A stretch of DNA of 63,729 nucleotides, filler included, from Octopus bimaculoides (taxonomy: Eukaryota): the NCBI RefSeq assembly GCF_001194135.2. It is 6 parts of 6 records of this genome, joined end to end, with 100 filler letters (N's around TTAATTAATTAA, not from the genome) between each part and the next. Parts side by side here need not be neighbours in the genome. Positions count along the whole stretch, not along the records: positions 23,320 to 42,167 come from NC_068996.1; positions 42,268 to 62,168 come from NC_068982.1; 4 more parts are not named here. One strand, 5' to 3'. This document shows positions 27,901-42,814 of the stretch, one piece after another; position 1 is the stretch's first letter; each line of letters starts with the position of its first letter. The position numbers were made by a program, and so were the translations under genes. The notes under the pieces were generated by a model. It ran no database searches, was not told the origin of the DNA, and saw only the letters and a list, made by a program, of their open reading frames with translations.

Positions 27901-28538
27901 TACGTATATATNNNNNNNNNNNNNNNNNNNNNNNNNNNNNNNNNNNNNNNNNNNNNNNNNNNNNNNNNNNNNNNNNNNNNNNNNNNNNNNNNNNNNNNNN
28001 NNNNNNNNNNNNNNNNNNNNNNNNNNNNNNNNNNNNNNNNNNNNNNNNNNNNNNNNNNNNNNNNNNNNNNNNNNNNNNNNNNNNNNNNNNNNNNNNNNNN
28101 NNNNNNNNNNNNNNNNNNNNNNNNNNNNNNNNNNNNNNNNNNNNNNNNNNNNNNNNNNNNNNNNNNNNNNNNNNNNNNNNNNNNNNNNNNNNNNNNNNNN
28201 NNNNNNNNNNNNNNNNNNNNNNNNNNNNNNNNNNNNNNNNNNNNNNNNNNNNNNNNNNNNNNNNNNNNNNNNNNNNNNNNNNNNNNNNNNNNNNNNNNNN
28301 NNNNNNNNNNNNNNNNNNNNNNNNNNNNNNNNNNNNNNNNNNNNNNNNNNNNNNNNNNNNNNNNNNNNNNNNNNNNNNNNNNNNNNNNNNNNNNNNNNNN
28401 NNNNNNNNNNNNNNNNNNNNNNNNNNNNNNNNNNNNNNNNNNNNNNNNNNNNNNNNNNNNNNNNNNNNNNNNACAATTAAATGCATATGTGGTTATGTAT
28501 GTATGTATGTATGTATGTATGTATATATGTATGTATGC

Positions 28539-28571
<33 letters not shown>

Positions 28572-28582
28572 TGTATGTATGC

Positions 28583-28615
<33 letters not shown>

Positions 28616-28666
28616 TGTATGCATGTATGTATATATGTATGTGTGTATGTAAGTATGTATGTATAC

Positions 28667-28697
<31 letters not shown>

Positions 28698-30210
28698 TGC
28701 ATGTATGTATGTATGTGTGTGCGTGTATGTATGTATGTATGTTTGTATGTATGTATGTATGTATGTTTGTATGTATGTAGGTAGGTATGTATGTAGGTAG
28801 GTAGGTAGGTAGGTAGGTAGGTATGTATGCTCGTATATTTGTATATATGTAAATATATCTATAATACTTTCGTATACACTGTTGATATCCAAATTACAAT
28901 GACAGGGGTCTTAATTTTGGAGTTCGAAAGAAGCTCTTTCTCTTGCAGTGAGGAATACATAAAACTATAAAGGAGAGCATATACGAACAGACATACCTCA
29001 CTATCGGCCTCACTTCTTATCTGGCACCCTGTTTCCCCATCTGCCTAGATATACATATACCAGTCTACCTGCCTAGTAACCAACCGATGTGTCTACGAAA
29101 CAACCTTCCAAACATACTTCTTTACCTTAGCGAAACTAATAATCTAACTACCTGTTTACCTACCAACCAAGCTATTAACCAGTCTCTCGACCTACAATAC
29201 CTGGGGCGTTTACGCTCACCTGTGCATATTCAGAAAAACGCACACACACACACAGACAAAAAAAAAAGGGAGAGAAAGAGAGAGAGAGAGACGTGTGTGT
29301 ATGTATGTATGTGAGATCGTGTGTGTGAGAGCATGTGCGTGTATGTTTGTGTGTGTGTGTGTGCATTCTTTTGTTCTTTTGTTTCAATCATTTGAATGAG
29401 GCCAAACTGGAGCATCGCCTTGAAGAATTTTGCTGCTCTAATCGACCCCAGTAGTTTTGTCGAGCGGAACTTACTTTATCGCTTTCCTTTTTTTCTTTTC
29501 AGGCAGCTAAATTACGCTGGTGGGGACAAACCAATAGGTGTTTGATTGTCAAAGGATGACATTCTAACGCATACACTTGCACACACACATGGTAGTATAT
29601 ATATGTATACACACACAGACACTCATATACATATATATTACATATTATAAGTATATATATATATATATANNNNNNNNNNNNNNNNNNNNNNNNNNNNNNN
29701 NNNNNNNNNNNNNNNNNNNNNNNNNNNNNNNNNNNNNNNNNNNNNNNNNNNNNNNNNNNNNNNNNNNNNNNNNNNNNNNNNNNNNNNNNNNNNNNNNNNN
29801 NNNNNNNNNNNNNNNNNNNNNNNNNNNNNNNNNNNNNNNNNNNNNNNNNNNNNNNNNNNNNNNNNNNNNNNNNNNNNNNNNNNNNNNNNNNNNNNNNNNN
29901 NNNNNNNNNNNNNNNNNNNNNNNNNNNNNNNNNNNNNNNNNNNNNNNNNNNNNNNNNNNNNNNNNNNNNNNNNNNNNNNNNNNNNNNNNNNNNNNNNNNN
30001 NNNNNNNNNNNNNNNNNNNNNNNNNNNNNNNNNNNNNNNNNNNNNNNNNNNNNNNNNNNNNNNNNNNNNNNNNNNNNNNNNNNNNNNNNNNNNNNNNNNN
30101 NNNNNNNNNNNNNNNNNNNNNNNNNNNNNNNNNNNNNNNNNNNNNNNNNNNNNNNNNNNNNNNNNNNNNNNNNNNNNNNNNNNNNNNNNNNNNNNNNNNN
30201 NNNNNNNNNN

Positions 30211-30241
<31 letters not shown>

Positions 30242-30271
30242 TATATACAACGTATATATACATGCATACAT

Positions 30272-30309
<38 letters not shown>

Positions 30310-30401
30310 GCACACTCATACATACTCACACACTACATAAGTACGCACACACACACTATATATAATTACATATAATGTTTGTGTTTGTAAATACATTTAT
30401 T

Positions 30402-30720
30402 TACAGGTTGTCCGTATATCTTAATTTATTTTAATGTAAGCAATAAAACTGATGTATGTTACCCCATTTTAAACCCTGAAAATGATAAGACCGTGAATTG
30501 TATTACTTTCGGCGTAATATATTGCAACAAGTCTACAGATATCAGGAAATGGGTTTGCAAGGAGATTTAATAAAGCTGGACCAACAAATAAATCGATACG
30601 TGAGCTAGCGAACAAATTTAGACGAACAGATTGTATACACTATGTGAATTTAATAAGTGGAATTGTGAATGAGGATCCACATGAATTCCGAGCAGTATTA
30701 CCTAGACTCATACTTTCCAA
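30402..30720 (+). mobile_element. Possible Tc1/mariner 5' remnant
   Basis: tacaggttgtcc terminus-like start; RRFNKAGPTNKSIRELANKFRRT resembles an N-terminal HTH of Tc1/mariner transposases. Confidence 0.35.
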
Positions 30721-30899
30721 ATTACTAGCGCAGAAAAGTCTCAAAGCTTATATAGTTAAATATAGGTAATATTTGCACGTTTTGCATGGGTCGCTTAAGG
30801 AAGGTTTTTTTCCCTGCAAGAAGTGTAGTTTTGGAGGATTTCCTCGAACGTATCCCCAGGGGAAAATTAATGGTTAACTTGTGATTAGAATATCTAAAA

Positions 30900-31575
30900 A
30901 GAAAATCCAAGAATGCGATGGTAGAGTAACATCCATAGAGAGAGAAAGCTGAAAAAGAAAGTGCAGACTGATCTAAGGAAAATTAAAAAGGAATAGTGGA
31001 ATGATAGAGCAAAAAGGGCACAAGAAGCAGCTGATAGAAATGATGCCAAGGGTTTGTACTCTTATGTTAAGGAGGTATATGACCCAAAATCTTCTTCAAT
31101 AGCGCCAGTGAGAACAGAAAATGGATGTTTTCTTCTGACTGACACCGCTTAAGCGCTTCTATTCATAAGCACTGGGTAGACGATTTTTCTGCACTTTTGA
31201 ATAGAGCATCATCCGCTGACATGAGGACGATAGAAAAAATCGAACACCTTCCAGTTATAGAAGAGATGACATTTGAACCAACTCTAAATGACGTTTATTT
31301 AGCTGTGAATAAGCTGAATAACAATAAAGGAATCTGTGCAGAAGTTTTGAAATGTGGGGGTGACAAAATGTTTGAACTCTTAAATATATTAATTCGTCAC
31401 TGTTGGAGAACTGAGAAAGTGCCTCAAGACTGGATTGATGCCATTTTAGTCTCCTTGCATAAATCGGGGCCAAATGATCTGTGTGATTATTTTCGTATGA
31501 TTTCGATTTTGTCTGTGGTTGGAAAGGTACTTGCCTGCATTTTGTTAGAACGTTTAACAAGCGTTAGAAAGTGTT
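30900..31575 (+). mobile_element. RTE-clade LINE fragment (linker and start of RT)
   Basis: LNRASSAD...EPTLNDVYLAVNKLNNNK..GICAEVLKCGG...CWRTEKVPQDWIDAILVSLHKSG...FRMISILSVVGKVLACILLERL: RT domain 0-2 of RTE/BovB type. Confidence 0.85.
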
Positions 31576-31883
31576 AAGAAGAATAGGACAGTAAGAACAA
31601 TACAATAAAAACAAGACAGTGAAAACAAACGGTAAGGGCTGTTAAGCCAAGACGATAGAAAAATTATTTTGAACGCTAGTTGGATGTCAATGAGAGACAG
31701 AAAAACCACGTCTTCTCTATAGGAAGGNNNNNNNNNNNNNNNNNNNNNNNNNNNNNNNNNNNNNNNNNNNNNNNNNNNNNNNNNNNNNNNNNNNNNNNNN
31801 NNNNNNNNNNNNNNNNNNNNNNNNNNNNNNNNNNNNNNNNNNNNNNNNNNNNNNNNNNNNNNNNNNNNNNNNNNNNNNNNNNN

Positions 31884-31924
<41 letters not shown>

Positions 31925-32319
31925 GCATATGTCCGTGTGTCTGTATTTGTCCCCACTACCATCGCCTGACAACCGACGTTGGTGTGTTTACATTTCTGTA
32001 ACCTAGTGGTTCGGCAAAAAGATCCCGATAGAATAAGTACCAGGCTTACAAAATAAATAAGTCCAGGGGCGATGTGTTCGACTATAGGCCGTGCTCCAGC
32101 ATGGCCACAGTCAAATGACTGAAACAGATAAAAGAATAAAAGAATATACACGACGGGCTTCTTTCAGTTTCCGTCTACCAAATCCACTCACAAGGCTTTG
32201 GTCGGCCCGAATCTATAGTAAAAACACTTGCCCAAAGTGCTACTCAGTGAGACTGAACCCGGAATAAGTGGTTGGGAAGCAACCTTCTTACCACACAGCC
32301 ACTCCATCCTACCTACCTT

Positions 32320-32571
32320 CATGCATACATACAAAAATCAGAAAGGAGAAAGCTAATTCGAAGACTACAGATCCAATCCATCACGAGAACTGTAAATGTC
32401 TGTAAAACTTTCGAGAAGTTTATCATTTGAATATATCTATGAGCATGTCTAGATATGCAACTATATGCATGAGAATACATACATAAAACATACAAATCTG
32501 CACATACATGCATACATACATGCAAACATACATACATACATACATACATACATACATACATGCATACATAC

Positions 32572-32602
<31 letters not shown>

Positions 32603-32745
32603 CATACATACATACATACATACATACATACATACAAAATACCCTGTTGTTGAAATTCCAATGAAATAGCCTTGGATCTAGGTTAGAAACCCGTTCTTTC
32701 CCTATAGGCAAGAAATCCTGAAATAAACTGAACAATGACATACAC
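32320..32745 (+). mobile_element. Family L-A LINE 3' end with expanded internal (TACA)n
   Basis: Colinear with 26650-26952; flanked by TACA repeats at both ends. Confidence 0.8.
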
Positions 32746-34769
32746 GCACAATACATACATACATACATACGTACGTACATACATACATACATCCATAAAT
32801 ACATACATACATACATACACATACAAAACTGTGCAGGTGAGTGAACACCCGATAGTAAGTAGCTTGAAGCTGCATGTATATAATAACAGTTTGTCTCAGC
32901 TCCACATTACTTGAAGTTTCGTGGGCGTGTAACTCTCGCACATCATCAAATACTCAGTAGTAGAGTGAAGAGAATTTTAAAATGCTTAAAATGACTTTCG
33001 GATGCAAGTATTTAAATGTCTGTTGTTAGTTGGCTTAGGTTATGCAGTTACTTTAAGCTATCTTAGCGACGTAGGTCTTTTCACTGGAAATCCCACGTGC
33101 CAGAGCAGACGAAAAGGTTAGCATCATTTAATCGGCATTCTGCTGGATATAATATTTCAGCGATATATAGTCTTACATTAAATACTACACATTGTTTAAC
33201 TGACAAGGTGCTGACATCTGTTAGTCAGCATTCTCTGGTGTATATTTCAGCGACATTTATAAATACAGAAGTGTATGTATGTGCGTGTGCTTGTGTGTGT
33301 GTGAATGTGTGTGTGTGTGTGGCGGGCTTCCACACAGTTTCTATCTGCCAGATTCACTCACGTGACTGTAGTAGGAGACAGTTGCCCAAGGTACTGCGTG
33401 GAGTGAGACATAGTCTGAAATCAAACTTCTCTACACAGTCATGTGTAGCCACCTTTACATATACCTATTTATAAATTAATATGCAGACTCTTAGTACACC
33501 TTGGTTTAAAGTTGTTTTCTTGTCCTTCGTTCTTAATCTTGTCTTAACAAAAAACATACTTTAAGTATTTATTTATGTTCAAGTATACTGGTGAAAAGCT
33601 ACATGACAGGAAGACAACCGGAAGAGAACTCATAGTCGACTGTTGGTACAAGGCGTTGATGACTTTCTGTAGACAATCACATATAAGCAAGCTTTGGAAA
33701 AATATGGAAGGTCTTGTGGACCAGGTTACCATGAGACTTTCGATGGCGAGGACTAAGGAAGGAGATACTTTTACCAGCAGTAACCACGAGTAGAAAGTAG
33801 AATCAAATGCTCTTCTATATTCAAGCTATACTGTGTGAACTAACAAAACATTCGCGAGGTTTTCATACTTCAGACAATACAGTTTTGTTTATCAAAAGTT
33901 ATTCGGTGCATCTCAACCATTTCTTCATTCCACCTTCCTACTCGTCCGTAGTTGTATGCTTAGATTATCAATTATCTTGGAGGAATTGGTTTAGATAGTT
34001 GGCGTACGGTTTGTACATGATGTTAAAGCAATTGATGGGTTTATATTTTCTGCTGAAATAGTGATTTCGTTCTTGACCATATTGTTTACTCTTGCTATAA
34101 CAGTGAACACTCTAAGAAACGCATACTTCCTATGCATGTCTTGCACTTTCGGAACTCGCATATTAAAAGAAAAAACCCAAAAGACCCCCAAAATCTCATT
34201 ATCCCACAAACGGTTAAGCTTGAGCAACATTCTTGCGAACTGAAGAGGACGACAATATTAACAAAATGTAGACTCTCCTAGATTCATGACCGTTATAGCA
34301 CATCTTTAACACTATGCTTCAGTAATCTAAAACAGGAAATATCTATGTTATATCTTATGACCAAACGGGACAATGATGCTCTTAAAACCCCCAAGATGCA
34401 CCAGCAAACTACTCTTCTGCGGAAGAAATAGCTTATTTAATCAGCAATGTCCAAAAGTGTCTTCAAGGTATTACCTCCTGTTGCAATATGTTGTCATTGC
34501 TTCTCAATGTGGAAAAGATTTCCTTGGAATAAATATAAGCAGTACCTCTAAAATGGAATTCATACATCACATCATAAGGAATGTTGGTGGAGTATTCCAA
34601 GCAGGAAATCTCTTAAATGAAAATATAACAAACCAAGCAGAGTTCTTTAGAACAGAAAAGATCTACTTATAATCATAGAGTTTAGGAGCAGATTTTTCTG
34701 AGAGGCTTACGTATGTGGGCAAATCCCAAACCTCATCTCCTCACTCCAAAAGAATTAGGCAAAAAGAAA

Positions 34770-35395
34770 ATAATCTGGTAAACCCCCTCCCCCCATGTAA
34801 CCTAAAAGTTTCTATCAACGTAGCCAGGGGCTTCCTGTCATTAATAAAGAAACATTTTCCCAGAGGCCAACTTTTCAACCCCCATAATGTCTAGGTAATC
34901 TACTCCTGATTAGACAACTTTGTATCTAACATCGCACACACCAACAAACGTAAAAACGCACCCACACAATCCCCAACCCCTACCTGCAACTGTCGAAACC
35001 CTATAACCTGCCCTCTAGGAGGATCCTGCCTCTGAAGGGCTGTAGTATACAGATCCATCCTTACACCATCAGACGGAATTACTACGCAATACACGGGCGT
35101 GGCTGTCAATGACTTCAAGGGCAGATATTCCCACCACTTGCATTCATTTAGAGAGAACTCCACTTCACTGTCGCGCTTTCTCTGGAGACTGTGTGACCTC
35201 CGAGACGAAATACCAAGCATCAAGTGGATTATTATCGACAGGGCACTACCATATTCACCCGGCGCCCTTAATTGCCAGCTGTGCCTCCGCTATAAACTGC
35301 ATATCATCTACCAATCCACAGTATCCCTCAACATAAAATATGAGGTATTGTATTGCTGTTACCAGATGTACACCCTTCTGGTAAATTTCAAGCCT
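34770..35395 (+). mobile_element. Penelope-like element fragment: RT thumb, Cys-rich linker, GIY-YIG endonuclease (decayed)
   Basis: FLSLIKKHFP...CNCRNPITCPLGGSCL*RAVVYRS...QYTGVAVNDFKGRYSHHLHSF...TSLSRFLW...IKWII...CQLCLRYK...SLNIKYE; contains internal stops. Confidence 0.85.
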
Positions 35396-36253
35396 CTGGC
35401 CGCCGACAACTCGGATATACCTTCTTAGTACAAGCCACCCCTAGCACCACCTTCACCAAGGTCACCGTTACAAATTAACCCACATGAACAGTACTGCAAA
35501 TCACCAATCCACAACACTTCTCCATGCCTGTCTACCCGCATACTTTCACCCTTGCATGACCACACTAGTAGCTATGTGCGTGTGCGCGCATGTGCCTAAC
35601 TGCTCATATGCTTCTGCTCACCCTATGCATGCGTACGGATGTATGTGTACGTGCGCACACCGTCCACAACGTGGTTGATTTTCTGTTCACCATGCGGTAT
35701 TTTCCATCTAACGGATGTCGCTAATATACCCACACCGATACCGCGTGACCTTTCTCGACCAATCGCAGGCTATCGTCCAGTAATAAATATCGACTCTCTT
35801 TAATCGGACTCTTATTCAGACTCCAATGGTTGAAGACTAGTCATGCGTTTGAAACTCAGAGTACCAAGGTTTCTAAATCAAACTATATATATATATATAT
35901 NNNNNNNNNNNNNNNNNNNNNNNNNNNNNNNNNNNNNNNNNNNNNNNNNNNNNNNNNNNNNNNNNNNNNNNNNNNNNNNNNNNNNNNNNNNNNNNNNNNN
36001 NNNNNNNNNNNNNNNNNNNNNNNNNNNNNNNNNNNNNNNNNNNNNNNNNNNNNNNNNNNNNNNNNNNNNNNNNNNNNNNNNNNNNNNNNNNNNNNNNNNN
36101 NNNNNNNNNNNNNNNNNNNNNNNNNNNNNNNNNNNNNNNNNNNNNNNNNNNNNNNNNNNNNNNNNNNNNNNNNNNNNNNNNNNNNNNNNNNNNNNNNNNN
36201 NNNNNNNNNNNNNNNNNNNNNNNNNNNNNNNNNNNNNNNNNNNNNNNNNNNNN

Positions 36254-36287
<34 letters not shown>

Positions 36288-37395
36288 TAAATGTGCAAAA
36301 TATATTCGCAGATACATGCAGACAAACTCATATATTTGTATATTTATATATATATGCATTTGTATATGCTAAATTACGTACGTGTAAAAATGTATATATA
36401 TACGTATATAAATATATATGATCTATATTTGTATACATATGTTTGTGTATATATATATATATTTATATATATATATATATATATATATAAACACACACAC
36501 ATATGTACACATATTTTATACATACATACATACATATATACACACACACACAGAAACACACACACATATGTATATATAGATATTTGTCCGTATGAATGCA
36601 ATTTCAATTAAAATCTATTCTTGTTTTGTCTATAAACGAACGAAAACTTGTTTAGATGATATCATAAGATTGTAACATGGTCGTGAAGTAACCTTGCATG
36701 GTTTATGGAAGGATATCCTTGCATCTCAGACAGATTGTCGCCGTAAAACTATTTTATCAAACCTTTCATACTCTGCATAATTTCAAGTCATCATTTATTT
36801 TTTAACACTTACACTCCCGTACGTAGACAAACACATACTCAAAATCACATAGCAACGTATATGCCTACATAAATATACATACGGAGAGTGTTTGGCGTAC
36901 TTAAAGTAACACGCCCAAAAGAAATAACAGCCGCATAACCCTCCTCTAATCATACTGAACCGACATGCAATAAATATAAAATTTAACGAAGGTATAGTTT
37001 TGATGAACATCAGTTATAGTTGTATTGCTGTAATAATGTCCTCGCCCATACACATAATACTGATGTGTGTATGGGTGTAGAGAGAAAGATAAACAGATTG
37101 ATAGATACACCCACACGCAACGATTCATACACGCGCATATCATATGGATCTCATGTAACTTGTTATATTGAAATTTGACACTGAGTTGGAAAATTAATTT
37201 TATTATCTTGAAATCTCTTAGGCGCTCAGAAAGAAAAAAAATCATATTCATGTCATAACGATATGGTTATTTTCGGTTGAGTATGATGAATTTATTGGGT
37301 TATCTACCTAAATTTTTAGGAGAGGGATAGGTAAAAAGTAGTGCATGCGTTGATATAGAACGGCGAAAGAGATAGGGAGTGAGAGACAGACAGAC

Positions 37396-37500
<105 letters not shown>

Positions 37501-39884
37501 CAGACAGACAGACAGATAGAGAAATAGAGGGAGACAGACGGAAGGGCAAGTAGAGAAAAGAGAGAGAGATGGAAAATAAATAGAGAGAAATTGGCTAAAA
37601 AGAGAAAGGAAAACAGGGATTGGATAACCGAGTTTTCAACATATTGGTATTTCATCAGTTCCAAAATAGCCAGAAATAAAATTAGGCGTTATGATGAATT
37701 AAACAGAACCAGTTTCATTTGCACTAATCATATTGGCGTTACTACAAAATTATTTATACGCTGTGTGGTGGTTTCTATAATTTTGCTCGTGAATTATTGT
37801 TGAATTTAACCAGCGATTGAATTTTGTAAGAAATTCATAAAATATTTACTTAAAACGAGAAAATGAGATAGTTCGGCATGAGAAAGTAAATAAACTTCCA
37901 AAAAAAAATTAGAAACCAACGTTTGTTAATTTCTGTCGCTTCTTTTAACTTGAACTCTTAATCAAAAAAAGCTACCGAGGAATACAAGAAAGATGAACAG
38001 AAAAATCTCAAACTTAATAACCGAACTCTCAGTGCCTTAAAAGGGCAGATTGACTTCTTTTAGTGACCGAAGAAAGCAAATACCAGGGCTTGATTGATGA
38101 GGATTTTGTCAAAAGATGGTATTCAGCCTCATTCCCGACTGAAGGCGGCTGCTGCGGTTTCAAATAAGGTCAATGAGCTATTTTATGCAGTGTATTGCTT
38201 TAAACCTAGTCAACCTTGGGGTGGATAGACATGGAAGCAGACACTAATTCAAGGTAGGTGTAGGTGGAAGTCTACCTGTGAAATCTAATTTGATCCTCGT
38301 TAACTCACTCAGCCAATGTGTAGTGTACAAGGGTGAAATGCTTGTGACCCAGAGATATGTAGGCATTTGCATCCCTATAGCTTACATAAATACATACATA
38401 CAGATGTGTGTGCGTACTTACGTATGACTGTATGTATGTTTGTATGTATGTATGTATACATGTATGTATGTATACATGCATGCATGTATGTAGTTATGTG
38501 CGTATGTATGTATGTACGTGCATATGTATGTACGTACATATGATTATTTGAACAGTGCCATTGGTCGATAACTGCTGAAGAATTATGGACCTTCTTTTTG
38601 TCTCCCGTTCGTTTTTACATTCAGTATACGTTATGTCGTTTGTTTATATACTTTTCATTTATCCAAGCATATATACATAAGTATATACGTATGTATGTAT
38701 GTATGTATGTATGTATGTATGTATGTATGTATGTATGTACGTACATATGACTGTATGTATACATACATACATACATACATACATACATACATACATAAAT
38801 ACATACATGCATAAGAGCATACGTATGTACTTTTGTATGCATATCATAAAAATGTGGTACAGTGGCACGATAAAGAAACATACGGAAAAACAGGAAAAAT
38901 ACACAATGGATGCTGAAATGATCGGCCTTCCATCGTTATCGATCAACAATCAGCACAATTTCTACACCAACATATATTGTTCATTATATTGAGTATAAAT
39001 GAGGGCACATAACACACAAGCATGAGCAGAAAAAATAAGACAAGTACAATAACAAGAAAAGGTTAGGCTGCTTGGGCTAGTTATGAAAAGAAGGAAAAAG
39101 ACCCTATCGAATGAAAGGAATAAATAAGCAAAGACAATAACAAAACATTATATAATGAATGACAAACAGACATTGTGTACATAGAAAGTCGTGCGACAAG
39201 TGACCAAAAGAGAAGAAAATAAGGGAAAAAGACCTCTTATGCGATATAACACTAGTAAGAAGGAAGGTGGTCCTTTCAGGCAGCATACACATATAATATC
39301 AATGTATTGGTCACTGTGAAGAGAAACAGCGTGTACTATCATTATATTGTTACTTCCGCTTAGGTCAACGCGTCTCTGAACTTTATTTCATCTTTCACTC
39401 AGAGAGAGAGAGATAGAGACAGAGACAGAGACAGACAGACAGACAGAGACAGAGACAGACAGACAGACAGACAGACAGAGAGGGAGAGATAGTGAGAAAA
39501 GGGGAGAGAAAGAGAGAGAGAGAGAGTGGTTCATACACCGAATTTATGGATTTGAACGTAGTACATACATAGCTGTGTTTTGCGAGGAAAAGAAAGCGTG
39601 GAAGACACATATTAGCTATTCAAAAAAACCACACACAAAGACTATTAACTTAAAGATTCATAGTTTGATGTCAAAAATTATAGTCACACAAACTGCGACC
39701 TGGTCACTGACACGGTTTAAGTGAATTTAAAAGTCTTTTTGGATGACCAGCGTGTGTCTTGCATGCTGTAACTGTTTTAATCTGTTTTAATTCCAGCATA
39801 TAGTCTCACATAAAAATCACTTATCTGTCATATATATCTCTGAAATATATTATATATATTTTACTAATTCTAAAAGATTCAATA

Positions 39885-40250
39885 AAGTTTTACCTGTGTG
39901 ATAAGAAGATTGCTTCCCAACAACATGGTTCCGGATTCAGTCCCACTGCGGGACACCATGGATATGTGTCTTTCATTATAGCCTCGGGCCGACCAAAACC
40001 TGAAAGAAGCCCGTCGTGTGTGTGTGTGTGTGTGTGTGATTTTGTCTGTTTTTGCCTCCCACCCCATCATCACTTGACAACCGATGTTGGTATCTTTACG
40101 TCCCCGTACCTTAGCGGTTCGACAAAGAGCCCGATAGAATAAGTACTAGGCTTACAACGAATAAGTCCCGGGATAGATTTCTTCGACTGCGGTGCTTCAG
40201 CACGGTCATCAGTCAAATGACCGAAACAAGTAAAAGAGTAAAAGAATATA
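39885..40250 (+). mobile_element. SINE family B, near full length
   Basis: Head ...acatggttccggattcagtcccactgcg, tail ...aaatgaccgaaacaagtaaaaga. Confidence 0.8.
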
Positions 40251-41275
40251 TATATTATTTTGTCTGATAATGCAGGATACCACCTTATGTCTCCTGTTTG
40301 GAATCACAGAATGCAATTGTTATTTCTTTTTTTATAATTATTAATTCAATTATTATTTCTTTCCTTTTTATTTCTTAACGACAACTTCATTAAATTAGAT
40401 AGGAAAATGAAGTTAAACACCTAGATTTTACTGTGTCTAATCATCGGATTCATAATGCCGGTTCATGACATTTATAAGTGGCACAGGTCACAAAATCGCT
40501 CCTGGACAGAACGCTAGTCCGTTGCAGTGTTACTCATTTATAGCTGAATGGACTGAAGCAACGGTGAAATGAAGTGTTTTTCTACAAAATGCATCGCACC
40601 ACCCAGTCTGGGAAACGAAACCATGATCTTGCGTACAACACCCTAAACACTAGACCACGCTCCTCCACTGATGACCTGCACACCTGTGGACTAATTTCGC
40701 TTTGCGTCAGACACAACAAACAATCATTCTTTCTTTCTCTGTTTCTAGTCTGAGGATGTCTTGATCTCTATCAGATTGTAAATATGAGAAATGGGGAGGA
40801 ATTCCATTTTATCTACGATACTAAGAGAGAAAAATAAAGAAAGGAAGAAAGAAAGAAAGAAAGAGGAAGAGGGGGTTGATCTCGAGGGAGAGGGTGTTCT
40901 CACGAATTGTTTAATGTTGATGTCGTCAACCGACAGTCTCAACAAACTGTCACAGCTGTCATGTAAGGAGAGACAAGTCTGGCACAATTACAATATTTCT
41001 TGATTTTTAGATATTTCAATAGTATGACAAACTGAGACGACCCTTGTAAATCAACCGGACATCATTAAAACTATATAATCTAGTAGCAATATAGTAGTAA
41101 CAATAATAATAACAACAACAATAAGTATATGTATGCATATACGTATGCACGCCGCTTATATGTATATACGTACATACATAAATATTAATATACAAACATA
41201 CATACATACATACAAACATTCATTGGTGTGTCGTAATCAATGAAGTTTCTCAATCGGCAAACACGCTTTCATATG

Positions 41276-41321
<46 letters not shown>

Positions 41322-41589
41322 GTCTTTTATCTTTTACTTGTTCCAGTAATAAGGTTGTGGTCATTCTGCGGCATGATATTTACCATTTTTTTTTCAGTCT
41401 GGTACTTATTTTGACAGTAGCTTTTGAGGAAACGGTTTACAAAGACGTAAACAAAACAATACCGGTTGCTATTCAGTGGGTGAGGAACAAAGACACACAA
41501 ATACACGTACACACAAACACACGCACCCGCACTCACGCTTATACATACATACATACATACATACATACATACATACATAGCACGTAAAT

Positions 41590-41875
41590 ACATATGCATG
41601 CATCTAAACATAAAAACGCATCCATAAAACAAACATACAAATCTGCGCATACACTAACACCAAATACTGCACACACACACACATATGCACAAATACCTAG
41701 ATGATGTTGATNNNNNNNNNNCACTAACACCAAATACTGCACACACACACACATATGCACAAATACCTAGATGATGTTGATAAAAGTTCCAAGGAAGGAG
41801 CCTTGAATCTATGTTAGAGTCCGGCTCTTTCTTTATGGACAAGAAATACAGAAATGAAACTGATTGACATACATA
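41590..41875 (+). mobile_element. LINE 3' UTR fragment related to family L-A
   Basis: gatgttgataaaagttccaaggaaggagccttgaatct...aaactgattgacataca parallels 26860-26952. Confidence 0.65.
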
Positions 41876-42120
41876 TTCTTTTATTCTTTTCTTTCACTCA
41901 TTTGACTGCAGCCATGATGGAGCACCACCTTGAAGGGTTTTAGTCGAAGAAATTAAACCCACGACTTATTCTTTGTAAGCCTAGTACCTATTCTATGGGC
42001 CGCTTTGCCAAACCATTAAGTTACGGGGACATAAACAAACCAGCATTGGTTGTCAATTGATGGCGAGGGAGAAACACTCACACACACACACCTATACACA
42101 CACACAAATACATACATACA

Positions 42121-42167
<47 letters not shown>

Positions 42168-42267
42168 NNNNNNNNNNNNNNNNNNNNNNNNNNNNNNNNN
42201 NNNNNNNNNNNTTAATTAATTAANNNNNNNNNNNNNNNNNNNNNNNNNNNNNNNNNNNNNNNNNNNN

Positions 42268-42347
<80 letters not shown>

Positions 42348-42429
42348 GTATATGCACATATATACATATGCTATATACTAAATTCGTCCGTTCATGGTGG
42401 GGTTCATGGTTCTTTCTTTTTATTTTAAA

Positions 42430-42650
42430 TGATTGAGAAATACTGTTTAAAATGAACAGAAACTGTGGTCCGAGAGAGTGAGAAGTTTGAGTCGATATAC
42501 AGAATGTTCATTAATTTGTTAAAACTAGAAAAGAATAACATTTTCTTTACCATATCCCAGATGAAACAATATCCAGGCAGGAAACTCAAAAGAGGGCAGC
42601 AGTGTCGAACTCCGTCCTTCACCAAAATCCAATAATATAGAATTGGCCAA
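42430..42650 (-). mobile_element. Decayed LINE RT remnant
   Basis: VKDGVRHCCPL resembles GVRQGCPLSP. Confidence 0.35.
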
Positions 42651-42814
42651 TTAAAGGGTGATTACACTGGTGGTGCCCCAGCATGGCCACAACCTTACGG
42701 CTGAAACACAGAATTTCTCATTGAAATGCTCTTCGTCATGTATTTGTATGTATGTACGTATGTGTGTATGTATGTATGTATGTATGTATGTATGTATGTA
42801 TGTATGTATGTATG

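Noticed and set aside
41652-41781. 60-bp exact direct repeat separated by 10 Ns
   Set aside because: Overlapping contig ends joined by a nominal gap.
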